A stretch of DNA of 64,000 nucleotides from Dehalococcoidia bacterium (GCA_965222415.1 CBDCTU010000004.1:128850-192849), one strand, 5' to 3'. Positions 46,191-55,997 are shown, counted from the stretch's first letter. Program-made: numbers and translations. Notes: generated from the sequence alone by a model not told the origin.

Positions 46191-47135
46191 TTAGCTTACG
46201 GGAGAGAAGAGCTCCTCGACGAACTCGGCGGGGTGGAAGGGCGCCATGTCATCCATACCCTCGCCTGTGCCAATGAAGAGCACTGGCAGCCCCAACTCCT
46301 GGACAATGGCAACGACGGTTCCGCCCTTGGCCGTGCCGTCCAGCTTTGACAGGAACACCCCGGTGCACCCCATAGCCTCCGTGAAAGAGCGGGCCTGTAT
46401 CACTCCGTTCTGACCCGTGGTGGCGTCCATGACCAGAATGGTCTCGTGGGGCGCCTGGGGGTCGAGGCGGGACAGGACGCGGGAGATCTTCTTCATCTCC
46501 TCCATCAGGTTCTGCTTTGTGTGGAGCCTCCCGGCGGTGTCGACTATGACGGCGTCCATCCCTCGCGCTCTGGCGGCCTCAAGGGCGTCGTACGCAATGG
46601 CCGCGGGATCGCCGCCTGCCCTGTGTGCGATGACGTCGACGCCTACCCGACTCCCCCAGGACTGAAGCTGCTCAATCGCTCCGGCGCGGAAGGTGTCGGA
46701 GGCGGCCAGAAGGACTTTGCTGCCCTGCTCCATCATGTAGTGGGCCAGCTTGGCGATGCTGGTGGTCTTCCCTACCCCGTTGACTCCTATGGCAAGGATG
46801 ACCCGTGGCTGTCCGGGGGTGTGCGACTGCTCCTGCCCGCTTGCGCCGTCCGCAGCCGACAGCAAAGCGACCAACTCCGCCTTCAGCAGGTCAATGACCT
46901 CCTCGGCCTCCTTCAGGTTCCGGGACGACGCCTCGGCTCTGACCCTCTCAATGAGGCTTGTGGACGTGGCAACGCCCACGTCAGCTGATATGAGAAGCTC
47001 TTCCAGCTCCTCCCACAGGGACTCGTCCAGTTGTCTGCGCTGGACAATCTGCACCATGCGGGAGAACCAGGACTCGCGGCTCTTCTTGAGTCCCTCCTGG
47101 ACCTTGTCACGCCTTCCCAGTAACCTGTTGAACAT
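46191..47135 (-). CDS. ftsY: signal recognition particle receptor FtsY
   Basis: GVNGVGKTTSIAKLA, DTAGRL and SKLDGTAKGG motifs. Confidence 0.95.
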   Translation of the reverse strand: MFNRLLGRRDKVQEGLKKSRESWFSRMVQIVQRRQLDESLWEELEELLISADVGVATSTSLIERVRAEASSRNLKEAEEVIDLLKAELVALLSAADGASGQEQSHTPGQPRVILAIGVNGVGKTTSIAKLAHYMMEQGSKVLLAASDTFRAGAIEQLQSWGSRVGVDVIAHRAGGDPAAIAYDALEAARARGMDAVIVDTAGRLHTKQNLMEEMKKISRVLSRLDPQAPHETILVMDATTGQNGVIQARSFTEAMGCTGVFLSKLDGTAKGGTVVAIVQELGLPVLFIGTGEGMDDMAPFHPAEFVEELFSPVS

Positions 47136-47229
47136 CACAATTCATCATAGCACGGGCCTATGGCGGTCGCAACGCGGGCTGCGCGCTAATCACCCTCGCG
47201 AAGCTTGTCCTCGTGGAAACGGGGAGCGT

Positions 47230-47400
47230 GGGTCTGGATTCCCGCTCGGAGCAAACTCTTGCATTATTTGCTCCCAAGCTCCATTTGCTGTCATTCCGAG
47301 CGCAGCGAGGAATCCAGAGGTCTTCACAATAGATACGGTAGCATTGCAGACAAAGGCTTTAGATTCCTCACTCCGCTGCGCTGCGTTCGGAATGACAATG
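47230..47400. repeat. REP/MITE-like inverted pair (gtcattccgagcgcagcgaggaatc ... gattcctcactccgctgcgctgcgttcggaatgac)
   Basis: Same family as 41270-41420, 55770-55890 and 6126-6165. Confidence 0.8.
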
Positions 47401-47533
47401 AGTGCGTCCCTTCTGGACATACACAGAAATTGCGCAAAAGTACCCTCGGGGGCGGCGTGACGGTGAGTTGTTGCGCCCGCTCACACGATTCGACGTGGCT
47501 CACCACTGGCGCACGCTGAATACGCGCCCTCCC

Positions 47534-49123
47534 CTATTCCCGCGCGGGCGGCTCTTCGGGGGGCGGCTCTACAACCTCCCTGGTGTACTGGCGACGTCGA
47601 ATGGAAGGGTCAAGCCGGTTCAGGAAGCGGCGCAGCAGGAGGAGAACGGCGATTCCCACCCCAATGACCGGCAGGAAGACGACCAGCCAGATGGACAGCC
47701 TCACCAGCTCCCTGACCAGCGTCGAGAGCGCCCGCACCGCCGACTTGAAGGTATCGCCGATGTCCCACCCGCCGACCAGGAAGCGCTCAGCCTCCGTCAC
47801 CCGCACGTCGATGGAGTCGGAGCCGGACACCTGGCCTGCATCGCTCATGGCGCTGACTGTCAGCACGGCCGTGTACGCGAAGGGGCGGTGGTCGGCAAAC
47901 GCGTGACCCTCATCAATGCGCGTGCTCCCCTCCTCCGGGTTGCCCGTGACCGTGGGAGAGCCGTCGCCGAAATCCCACTGGTACTGGTAGTCCCACAGCT
48001 CTCCCGGCCTGGTGAAGGAGGCGCTGTACTCCGTCGAAGCGCCCTCCTCCACAGTCAGGTCTTCGCCGGCGAACACCGATATCGTCGGCACACGCCTCAC
48101 CGACACCTCGAGGGAATCGGAACCTTCGGCTATGCCGCCCTCGCCGGTTCCCTCCAGCGTGATGGTCGCGATGTACTCAGAATCCAGGTCCTCATGGTAG
48201 CTGCGCGTCACCGTGGCGGTCAGTCGCTCGCCGCTCTGGGTCGGTATCGTGCCGCTGCCGGCGACCGACGACCCGTCGCCGAAGTCCCAGACGTAGGTGT
48301 ACTGGTCGATGCCCGGCGGGGCTGTGAATGAAGCGCGGAACTTTACGGCTTGACCCACTCGCGCGGAGGTGTCCGGCCCGGCGTTCACGTCGATGGTCTG
48401 AGGGGCAAGTCTCAGGCTGACCTCTATCAGAGAGAAGGCCGCGGTCTGCGACAGGAAGTTCAGCCGTCCCTGGGTCTGCTCTATCCGCAGCTGGAGATCG
48501 GAAAGCTCCTTCTGGACTAGCAGGGCGTCCTCCACGCTGTCCGACTGTTCAAGGAAGGACAGCAGCCGCTGCTCCGTTGCCTTCATGCTGACCAGCCTTG
48601 ACTGGCTGTCCACGTATTCGTCGGTAACGTCCTGGCTGGTGATGGAGCGGGCCTCAACTTCGCCCATCTCCCCGATTATTCGAAGGGCCTCATCCAGGGA
48701 CGCGGCGGGCACTCTAACGGCGATGGAGCCTCTGTGACGGGACGACCGCTCCGAGTTGACCACCCAACCACCCAGCCGGCTTGCCATGTCTCCCACGCGG
48801 CCGATGGTAAGGGCTACGTCGTCGGTGACCAGGGACATGTACGCCGTATGCACGATGATGCGGTCCTGTGCCGGAATCGACGGCTCCACCTTGACGTCGC
48901 CGGCAGGAGCCAATCCTTGGGAGTCCGCTTCCATCATCATTGCCGGAGTGGGCTGCGGCTGCGAGGGCGCTTCAAGAGTTTCGCGTTCCAAGCCTTCCAA
49001 ATCGCGGTCCTCTGCGCCATCCGCAAGATAGAACTGATCGCTAGAGGGTTCTTCGGCGGCACAACCCGCTAGCGCGAAGAGAATCGTAGTCAGAACCAGG
49101 GCAGCCAGCAAGATGGGCTTCAT
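47534..49123 (-). CDS. lipoprotein combining a DUF4349-like region, two PKD-like domains and a C-terminal TM anchor
   Basis: Lipobox LAGC. A DUF4349-like segment (IIVHTAYMSLV...coiled-coil LQLRIEQTQGRLNFL) is followed by two YxWDFGDGS PKD signatures and a C-terminal hydrophobic helix. Confidence 0.75.
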   Translation of the reverse strand: MKPILLAALVLTTILFALAGCAAEEPSSDQFYLADGAEDRDLEGLERETLEAPSQPQPTPAMMMEADSQGLAPAGDVKVEPSIPAQDRIIVHTAYMSLVTDDVALTIGRVGDMASRLGGWVVNSERSSRHRGSIAVRVPAASLDEALRIIGEMGEVEARSITSQDVTDEYVDSQSRLVSMKATEQRLLSFLEQSDSVEDALLVQKELSDLQLRIEQTQGRLNFLSQTAAFSLIEVSLRLAPQTIDVNAGPDTSARVGQAVKFRASFTAPPGIDQYTYVWDFGDGSSVAGSGTIPTQSGERLTATVTRSYHEDLDSEYIATITLEGTGEGGIAEGSDSLEVSVRRVPTISVFAGEDLTVEEGASTEYSASFTRPGELWDYQYQWDFGDGSPTVTGNPEEGSTRIDEGHAFADHRPFAYTAVLTVSAMSDAGQVSGSDSIDVRVTEAERFLVGGWDIGDTFKSAVRALSTLVRELVRLSIWLVVFLPVIGVGIAVLLLLRRFLNRLDPSIRRRQYTREVVEPPPEEPPARE

Positions 49124-49224
49124 TGGCGTGCGCTTTCCTTACACCAGGCTATGCCCTATAATAGCAATAGGGTATCCAACGGTCAATCTGCGAGCTTCGG
49201 CGGTACTTCTGTGTTGTGTCGGCA

Positions 49225-49380
49225 GGCGCGTCTCATATTCCCGCTCACCCCCGTATCAGGTACGGGGCAGGCTCTGAGCTTGTCGAAGGGAGTGAGCGGG
49301 AGGGAAACGACCAAGGCATTCCCGCTCAAATGGTTCGACAGGCTCACCATGAGCGTGATGAGCGTTCAGCGCGCCTTTAG
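49225..49380. repeat. REP-like repeats (cccgctcac..gtacggggcaggct..gagc / ggttcgacaggctcacc family)
   Basis: Shares units with 41105-41175. Confidence 0.7.
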
Positions 49381-49477
49381 TGGGAAAGTCGCGGTATGCC
49401 AACGCCCGTTGGTATTACCACTGCGGCCTAACCCGGACTTGGAGAGTTATACCTGAAGTGAAGACAAACGCATAGCT

Positions 49478-52096
49478 ATGAGAGTAACCGCCTCGGCGAA
49501 GTTCAGCGCCTTTCTGGAGAGGCGTTCCGGCTGGATAGTGTCCGGGGTGGGTATAGCTACCCTTCTGCTGATCTTCCCGCTCATAGCTCTGGCGCCGGGC
49601 GAGCAGGCCTCGACGGAGCCCGGCGGGCCTATATTCGACCTCCGAGACCTGGTGGACGAGCGCTTTCCACCTGCCTTCTATGTGCCCTCCTTCATAGTGG
49701 AGTCGAAGAGTGGATCCGATGGCGACGTTCTCACCCAGGCTGCGCTTTGGGAGCTGTACCAGAACGAGGAGGCCATGCGTAGCGCGGACGAGCGCGGAGA
49801 GCTGCGCCCGCCCAAGCTGGAGGCCCAGCCCTATCTGTACAAAGGCAACAACCCCAACACCCAGATTCCCATTCACGGCATGTACACCGTCGCCGACGCC
49901 GTTCAGGCTGTCCTGGCTCACATGGGCACAGACCTGGAACGGGCCAGTGACGAGGACGTCAAGATAGCGCTCCACTTCGTGCTGCTGGAGGGATCCGCCA
50001 CATTCAATTTGATGGAGTCCATATCCGAGAAGGCCTCCTTCACCCTGGAGGAGTCGGATAGGATTGGGCAGTACCGGCGCTGGCGTGCTCCCGCCTTCAT
50101 CAACTTCGTGATAGCGGAGAACGACAGGCTGGGCGGAGGTCCCCTGACCATAACCGTCGGGGGCGACGAGACCGCCGTGCAGAAGGAGCACTTTGGTCGG
50201 AACGTGCAGACAATCCTGAGGGGCGAAGAGCGGAACTATCGACTCTGGGGCGTTGCAATAGACCCAAACCTGGAGTCCCAGGATGAGGGGCGCACCACCG
50301 TACCCTTCATCTTTGCCACCGTCCTGGCTGTCCTGGTGGTAATCGGGATAAGCCTGCGCTCCTGGCGAGCGGTGCTTCTTTCCGCCATAGGGCTCGCGAT
50401 GATGATTGTGTGGCTCAAGGGTTTGTCCAGCCTCCTGGGGCTCAAGGCCGGCTTGGTGGTGGAGCTGATCGTGCCCATAGCCATGATATCCCTTGGGGTG
50501 GACTTTGCCATCCACGCCCTCCACCGCTACGGCGAGGAGAGGGGCAAGGGACTTGGGCCCCGTCCGGCCCTGCGAGTGGGGTTTGCCGGCGTAATGGGCG
50601 CGCTGGTGCTGGCCATGCTCACGGACGGCGTAGCCTTCTTCTCCAACACCGTTTCCGGCATAGAGTCGATAATCGGCTTCGGTGTTGCCGCCGGCATAGC
50701 CGTAGTATCCTCCTTCATAATCATGGGAATCTGGGTGCCCCTGGTCCTCATGCGGCTGGACGCCCGAAGAGGGGGCAGGCAGGCCAACGCTGCCCCGGCA
50801 TTGGAGACGGCGCTCTCTCCCGATGACGGCCCGCGTCGCAGCGCTCTCAGTCCGGAGTGGTCTGTGGCGAGGCTGGCCCGGAGTCGCCTCGTTGTCCTGC
50901 CCATAGTGGCTGTGGTGACCGGCGCAGCCTTGGTCTTTGCCCTCAGACTGGAGGCCCAACTGGACGTCAAGGACTTCTTCGATGGCGGCTCGGACTTCGT
51001 GGTGGGCCTGGACAAGCTCGACTATCACGTTGGGGCAACTCAGGGCGAGCCCGGCATCATCTACATAGAGGGCGACCTGTCCTCCCGCGATTCCATTGAG
51101 GCCCTTAGAGAGCTTCAAGACAAGCTGAAGGCCAACCCGTACGTGGCCAAGGGCATTGATGAAGAGCCCACTCTGTACAGCTGGACTATCTTTGATTTGA
51201 TGGAGCTTCTCATCGGCAGCGAGTACGCCCTCACCCAGGTGGAGCTTGTCACGGAGCAGGTCATCACGGACTCGGATGGGGACAGAATGCCGGACACTCA
51301 GGCGCAAGTCAGGGCGGCCTTCGACTACATTGTAGAGTACGGTATTCCCTTGAACGCATCCACGCTGGCTTTCACACCGGCCCAGGTGCAGGGCAGCCTC
51401 TTCCACGATCCCACCGGGCATGATCCCGACGCTATCCAGATGTTGGTTGGCCTGCCCGGCACCAGAGAGCAATCGGTGGTATCCAGGGCGCGTCAGGCGG
51501 TAGAGGCTGACCTGGAGTTTCTTAAGGACGTACCCTCGATCTCTGCAGCGGGTCTCACCGGCTCTGCCTTCACCCGGGCCGCCTCCCTGGACGCAGCGGT
51601 GCGCTCTCTGCTAATATCGCTGCCCATTGCCGTGGCAGCCTGTTTCCTGGTGGCGGCGCTGTTCATGCGCTCAATACGCTATGCTTTTGTGACCATTATC
51701 CCCATTGGCCTCGTGGTGACATGGCTCTACGCGATAATGTATCTGCTGGGGTTTGATCTCAACTTCGTAACGGCCACCATTGGTGCCGTGTCCATTGGCG
51801 TGGGCGTGGACTTCTCCATTCACCTCACACAACGGTTCCGGGAGGATATGGCGCGGGATGGAGACGGGATGCAGGCGATAGAACGGGCGGCCCGGAGCAC
51901 GGGCATGGCCCTCATAGCGTCGGCGTCATCCAGCGTCGCGGGCTTCGCGATAATGGGTTTTGCACCGATGCCGATGTTCTCGGCGTACGGCATCCTCACC
52001 GCAGTCATGGTCTTCATGGCGGCCGCGGCGGCCCTGCTGGTGTTGCCCTCCCTGCTCCTGCTGGTGACACCGCAGCGTCCGAAGGCGACCGGCTAA
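49478..52096 (+). CDS. RND-superfamily MMPL-type exporter
   Basis: 872 aa with two blocks of about 6 TM helices, each preceded by a large extracytoplasmic domain. The 685-aa minus-strand ORF opposite it is a shadow. Confidence 0.85.
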   Translation: MRVTASAKFSAFLERRSGWIVSGVGIATLLLIFPLIALAPGEQASTEPGGPIFDLRDLVDERFPPAFYVPSFIVESKSGSDGDVLTQAALWELYQNEEAMRSADERGELRPPKLEAQPYLYKGNNPNTQIPIHGMYTVADAVQAVLAHMGTDLERASDEDVKIALHFVLLEGSATFNLMESISEKASFTLEESDRIGQYRRWRAPAFINFVIAENDRLGGGPLTITVGGDETAVQKEHFGRNVQTILRGEERNYRLWGVAIDPNLESQDEGRTTVPFIFATVLAVLVVIGISLRSWRAVLLSAIGLAMMIVWLKGLSSLLGLKAGLVVELIVPIAMISLGVDFAIHALHRYGEERGKGLGPRPALRVGFAGVMGALVLAMLTDGVAFFSNTVSGIESIIGFGVAAGIAVVSSFIIMGIWVPLVLMRLDARRGGRQANAAPALETALSPDDGPRRSALSPEWSVARLARSRLVVLPIVAVVTGAALVFALRLEAQLDVKDFFDGGSDFVVGLDKLDYHVGATQGEPGIIYIEGDLSSRDSIEALRELQDKLKANPYVAKGIDEEPTLYSWTIFDLMELLIGSEYALTQVELVTEQVITDSDGDRMPDTQAQVRAAFDYIVEYGIPLNASTLAFTPAQVQGSLFHDPTGHDPDAIQMLVGLPGTREQSVVSRARQAVEADLEFLKDVPSISAAGLTGSAFTRAASLDAAVRSLLISLPIAVAACFLVAALFMRSIRYAFVTIIPIGLVVTWLYAIMYLLGFDLNFVTATIGAVSIGVGVDFSIHLTQRFREDMARDGDGMQAIERAARSTGMALIASASSSVAGFAIMGFAPMPMFSAYGILTAVMVFMAAAAALLVLPSLLLLVTPQRPKATG

Positions 52097-52127
52097 GCTC
52101 TTGTTGAGCTACGCCATGTGATCACGC

Positions 52128-52550
52128 CTAGTTGGTAAAGCGTATGATTAAAGGGACTATGATCGCCGTGACTGCCAGAGTCGCGATCACCCCGGCAAAG
52201 AGAAGATAGCGGACGCCGTAATTGGACATGAGGGTCGGCTCGTAATACTTGTCGACGTCGTTGTCGCGGTACATGGCGACTAAGCCGCCGAGTAGTATGC
52301 GACGGGTCCGCCTGCCCAGGACCAGCGCCGCCACTGCGACAACGTTGAGCAGTACCGTCATAGCGATGAACACGACCAATATGATGTCGTACGTGACGGC
52401 ATCACCCTCTATCGCGGCCTCTGTGGCCACGCCGAAGTTGATGGCAAGGACAATGAGGTTGAAGATAATGGCAGTGAGCACGAAGATGGTGTCCGTGCGA
52501 CTACTCTCGCCAAGTTCGCTAACAATATGGTCATGGACCTGATGGAGCAT
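52128..52550 (-). CDS. hypothetical membrane protein (140 aa)
   Basis: Hydrophobic ORF with 3-4 predicted TM helices. I recognise no family. Confidence 0.5.
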   Translation of the reverse strand: MLHQVHDHIVSELGESSRTDTIFVLTAIIFNLIVLAINFGVATEAAIEGDAVTYDIILVVFIAMTVLLNVVAVAALVLGRRTRRILLGGLVAMYRDNDVDKYYEPTLMSNYGVRYLLFAGVIATLAVTAIIVPLIIRFTN

Positions 52551-52599
52551 CTCTATTCCTCCGATTGTCGTAGAAGGCCCAACAACTGGGCTGTATCAG

Positions 52600-53316
52600 T
52601 CAACCTTCCAGCGCCTTCAACGCCTCCAGCGCGGCGGCGCGTTCCCCATCCACCTTGCGGCGCCCAGAGCCGCGGCCCAGGACACGTCCGTCCATTACGA
52701 CCTCTATAGCAAAGGTCTTTTCGTGGCCGACGCCGTCCTCTGAAACGGTGGTGTAGACGGGAGCCCCTTTTCCCATGCCCTGCATCACCTCTTGAAGCCT
52801 CGACTTGGGGTCTCTGGGCGCTCCCTTTTGTATCACCCTGTCCAGCTCAGATTGCAGCAGCCGGAGGGTGACGGTGTAGGCGTCCTCCAGGCCGTTGCCC
52901 AGAAGAATAGCCCCTACAACAGCTTCCAATGCCGCCGCCAGATTGGAGTCACGGTCGCGCCCGCCGCTGCCCTCCTCTCCCTGGCCCATGTACAGGTAGG
53001 AGCCGAGGGTTATGCTGCGAGCCACCCTTGCCAGGGCTTCGCCCCTGACCACAGACGACCGCAACTCCGTAAGCTGGCCCTCCGTCATCTGTGGCAGCCC
53101 AAGGTACAGCTCCCGGGCTGCCACAAAATCTATAAAAGAGTCCCCCAGGAACTCAAGCCTCTGGTTGGAGGCGGCGAATTCCTGGGGGTCTTCATTAACC
53201 GCGGAGGGATGTGTAAGGGCTTGGGAGATAAGCGTTCCGTCGCCGAAGGATATTCCCAGGACTCGCCCCAGAGCCGTTAGGTCTGCTGCCACAGCGTCTC
53301 CTCCTCGGATAGCCAT
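52600..53316 (-). CDS. rnc: ribonuclease III
   Basis: ATG at 53316 (MAIRGGD...). RNase III signature QRLEFLGDS plus a C-terminal dsRBD. The N-terminus of the 356-aa track ORF is unlikely to be coding. Confidence 0.9.
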   Translation of the reverse strand: MAIRGGDAVAADLTALGRVLGISFGDGTLISQALTHPSAVNEDPQEFAASNQRLEFLGDSFIDFVAARELYLGLPQMTEGQLTELRSSVVRGEALARVARSITLGSYLYMGQGEEGSGGRDRDSNLAAALEAVVGAILLGNGLEDAYTVTLRLLQSELDRVIQKGAPRDPKSRLQEVMQGMGKGAPVYTTVSEDGVGHEKTFAIEVVMDGRVLGRGSGRRKVDGERAAALEALKALEG

Positions 53317-53404
53317 TGGGACAATTTTACGCCCATCCAATAGTCGAGTCAAAGCCGTCCGAAGCCCCGGATAGCGCCGTGATATAATCGGCAGAGGCAA
53401 AATT

Positions 53405-54655
53405 GTGAGGGATTCAGTGGATTTTATGCAGCTGCTGGAGTACGGCCTCCCTTCCGGGAAGCTGGAACTTCTGAGGTCGGCGGGCCGCATTGCCCGCGAC
53501 GAAGGCGTTCCCATGTACCTGGTGGGCGGCAGCGTCCGCGATATGCTGCTGGGCAGGCCCGTCGGAGACTTTGACCTGGTAGTGGTGGGCGACGCTGAGA
53601 CTATGGCATACGTCGTGGCCAAGCGACTGTCCGGCCAGGTGGTGTCCCGCTCCCAGTTCTCGACAGCCAAAGTGAAGGTGGATGGCGAGTCCCTTGACCT
53701 CGTGACCGCCCGGACGGAGCGCTACAGCAGGCCCGGCGCTCTTCCTCAGATAGCCCACGGCACGATAGAAGAGGATCTGGCGCGGCGGGACTTCTCCATC
53801 AACGCTATGGCCGTTCCCCTTCATATGGACTCGAAGGACGGGCCGCTGGACCTCTTCAACGGAGAGGAGGACCTGCAACTCGGACTTGTCCGGGTGCTCC
53901 ACGAGGGGAGCTTTGCGGACGACGCCACCCGCATATTGCGGGCCGTCCGCTACGAGCAGCGACTACGCTTCCGGCTGGAGGAGCGCACGGAGGCCCTGCT
54001 AATCGAGAACCTGTCCATGCTGGACACCATCAGCGGCGACAGGCTGCTCAGGGAAATCCAGCGCTGGCTCGCCGAAAAGGACGCCTCCGGGATTCTCCTG
54101 CGAGCGGAAGAGTTGGGGGTTATGGCCGCCATACATCCGGCTCTGTCCAAGTCAGGTGAGTCTGTGCGCTCTGCGATGGAAAGAAGCAAGGGGCGCATCG
54201 AGGAGTTGGTGTGGGTGGGAATGATGGCATATGCCCTCACCACCGCGGAAGGCGAAGGACTTATCGAGCGCCTGCGCCTGCCAATGCGATTGGTCAGAGT
54301 GGTCCGGGACGCCATTGCCATCAAGGAACGGATGCCCCTGCTCTCCGATGAGCACATCTCTGCCGTCCAACTGTACGACGTCCTGGCCTCGTCCGAGACC
54401 GCGGCCGTCCAGGCGTGCGCTCTGGCGGCCCAGGAGACGGCCCGGTCAAACCTGGCCCTGTTCCTGGAGAAGCTGCGCCACGTCAAGCCGGCTCTGGGCG
54501 GAAGGGATCTCATAGAGATGGGAGTGCCTCAAGGCCCCGCCGTCGGAGAGATGCTGACAATGCTAAAGCGCGCCCGGCTGGGTGGGACCGCCGGCAGCCG
54601 AGCGGAAGAGGTAGATCTGGTACAGGAGGCCCTCAAAAGCGAGGGGGCTGGTTGA
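53405..54655 (+). CDS. second class-II tRNA nucleotidyltransferase / poly(A) polymerase family protein (no HD domain)
   Basis: MYLVGGSVRDMLLGRPVGDFDLVVVGD and ...RRDFSINAM motifs. GTG start at 53405, with an alternative ATG at 53426. Confidence 0.8.
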   Translation: MRDSVDFMQLLEYGLPSGKLELLRSAGRIARDEGVPMYLVGGSVRDMLLGRPVGDFDLVVVGDAETMAYVVAKRLSGQVVSRSQFSTAKVKVDGESLDLVTARTERYSRPGALPQIAHGTIEEDLARRDFSINAMAVPLHMDSKDGPLDLFNGEEDLQLGLVRVLHEGSFADDATRILRAVRYEQRLRFRLEERTEALLIENLSMLDTISGDRLLREIQRWLAEKDASGILLRAEELGVMAAIHPALSKSGESVRSAMERSKGRIEELVWVGMMAYALTTAEGEGLIERLRLPMRLVRVVRDAIAIKERMPLLSDEHISAVQLYDVLASSETAAVQACALAAQETARSNLALFLEKLRHVKPALGGRDLIEMGVPQGPAVGEMLTMLKRARLGGTAGSRAEEVDLVQEALKSEGAG

Positions 54656-54673
54656 CTGGAGAGGGAACCGCCT

Positions 54674-54816
54674 CTAGTGTCCTGTATCCGTAGTTCCTCG
54701 CATTATTCGAGGGCTTTCTGAAAGGACAGAGAATCGGATTCTTGCTCAAACCAGGGTAGTGGATCAGCATCGATCACCCCTTTATTTGCCAATGTACTTT
54801 GGTTACACCACACTAG
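54674..54816. mobile_element. MITE-like element A, copy 1 (135-bp core between CTAG sites)
   Basis: 100% identical to 54956-55098. Imperfect terminal inverted repeats tgtcctgtatcc / ggttacaccaca (9 of 12). Bounded by CTAG on both sides. Confidence 0.5.
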
Positions 54817-54955
54817 CAGCCTGTCCGAGTAAGACGATATATGTCATAACATACATATAAACAGACTATTGGGAAGGTAGTGCAAACGCTATTCGTATAC
54901 AATTGCCACGTTAACTGTGCCAATCGTTGGCATCAGAGGTTACTCGGACAGGCTG
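54817..54955. mobile_element. MITE-like element B (139 bp, AT-rich, perfect 16-bp terminal inverted repeats)
   Basis: cagcctgtccgagtaa at 54817-54832 is the exact reverse complement of 54940-54955. CTAG flanks it on both sides. It encodes no ORF. Confidence 0.55.
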
Positions 54956-55098
54956 CTAGTGTCCTGTATCCGTAGTTCCTCGCATTATTCGAGGGCTTTC
55001 TGAAAGGACAGAGAATCGGATTCTTGCTCAAACCAGGGTAGTGGATCAGCATCGATCACCCCTTTATTTGCCAATGTACTTTGGTTACACCACACTAG
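54956..55098. mobile_element. MITE-like element A, copy 2
   Basis: Identical direct copy of 54674-54816. Its terminal CTAG (55095-55098) contains the hisB stop codon. Confidence 0.5.
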
Positions 55099-55694
55099 TC
55101 GCTGATGGTGCCCTTGGTGCTGGGCACGTCTCCGGCTATGCGCGGGTCGATGGCGACGGCTTGGCGTATCGCCCGGGCCAGCGCCTTGAAGAGCGCCTCC
55201 GCTTTGTGGTGCTCATTGGCTCCGTAGAGGATCTCTGCGTGGAGGTTCAGCCGCCCCTCAAGGGCAAACACCTCCAGAAAGTGGCGCACAAGGTCTGAAG
55301 GCAGGTCCCCAATGTGTGAGTCCTGGAAGGGCGTCTTGATCACGGCGTAGGGCCTGCCTCCCACGTCCACGGCAACCAGGGCCAGGGTCTCGTCCAAGGG
55401 GACCATAATATTACCCATTCGGACTATACCCCTTCCCTCCCCTATTGCCTGGTGCAGCGCCTGTCCCAGGACAATGCCGACGTCCTCCACCAGATGGTGC
55501 CAGCCCGGGGACGTGTCGCCCTTGGCGGAAACAGTGATGTCCATCAGGCCGTGTCTGGCCAGCTGCTCTATGAGGTGGTTGAACATCCCGTTTGGGGTGT
55601 CTACCGAGTACTGGCCCGTCCCGTCCAGGTCAATGGTCACGCTAACCTGGGTCTCTCGGGTGTCTCTTGTGAGGGAAGCAGTACGATTGCTCAC
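55095..55694 (-). CDS. hisB: imidazoleglycerol-phosphate dehydratase (monofunctional)
   Basis: TRDTRETQVSVTIDLDG... with HH motifs. At 199 aa it has no fused phosphatase domain. GTG start. Confidence 0.95.
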   Translation of the reverse strand: MSNRTASLTRDTRETQVSVTIDLDGTGQYSVDTPNGMFNHLIEQLARHGLMDITVSAKGDTSPGWHHLVEDVGIVLGQALHQAIGEGRGIVRMGNIMVPLDETLALVAVDVGGRPYAVIKTPFQDSHIGDLPSDLVRHFLEVFALEGRLNLHAEILYGANEHHKAEALFKALARAIRQAVAIDPRIAGDVPSTKGTISD

Positions 55695-55733
55695 TATCTA
55701 TCTCCAAAGTCAGAAATAGGCGACTGCGCACAT

Positions 55734-55985
55734 GGAGACCTTTGCATAACTCCGGGTATTATCCCGTGAAGAGACGCGCCTACTGTCATTCCGAACGTAG
55801 CGCAGCGAAGTGAGGAATCTAAAGCCTCTGCCTACAAAGCTGCATTGCCTTGGATGGAACGCTTTGGATTCCTCGCTGCGCTCGGAATGACATATATTGG
55901 AGCTTCGGAGTAAGTTGCGCAAAGGTCTCCTTCCGCAGGAATGACAGGTAATAAAGCATCGGGGCAAGTTATGCAAAGGTCTCCA
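55734..55985. repeat. REP/MITE-like repeat cluster between hisB and hisC
   Basis: Contains gtcattccgaacgtagcgcagcgaagtgaggaatc and gattcctcgctgcgctcggaatgac, plus ccgcaggaatgac and two gttatgcaaaggtctcc motifs. It is homologous to 6090-6186. Confidence 0.8.
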
Positions 55986-55997
55986 CACGGGCTTGGA

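Noticed and set aside
49415-51472. 685-aa minus-strand ORF
   Set aside because: It is the antisense shadow of the MMPL/RND gene in GC-rich DNA, with low-complexity Gly/His/Gln/Pro-rich translation and no recognisable motifs.
54674-55098. 143-bp identical direct repeats as attL/attR of an integrated element, or as a 282-bp tandem duplication
   Set aside because: The intervening segment is only 139 bp and has its own perfect terminal inverted repeats, and every junction is a CTAG. Stacked MITE insertions explain this better. An assembly artefact cannot be excluded without reads.
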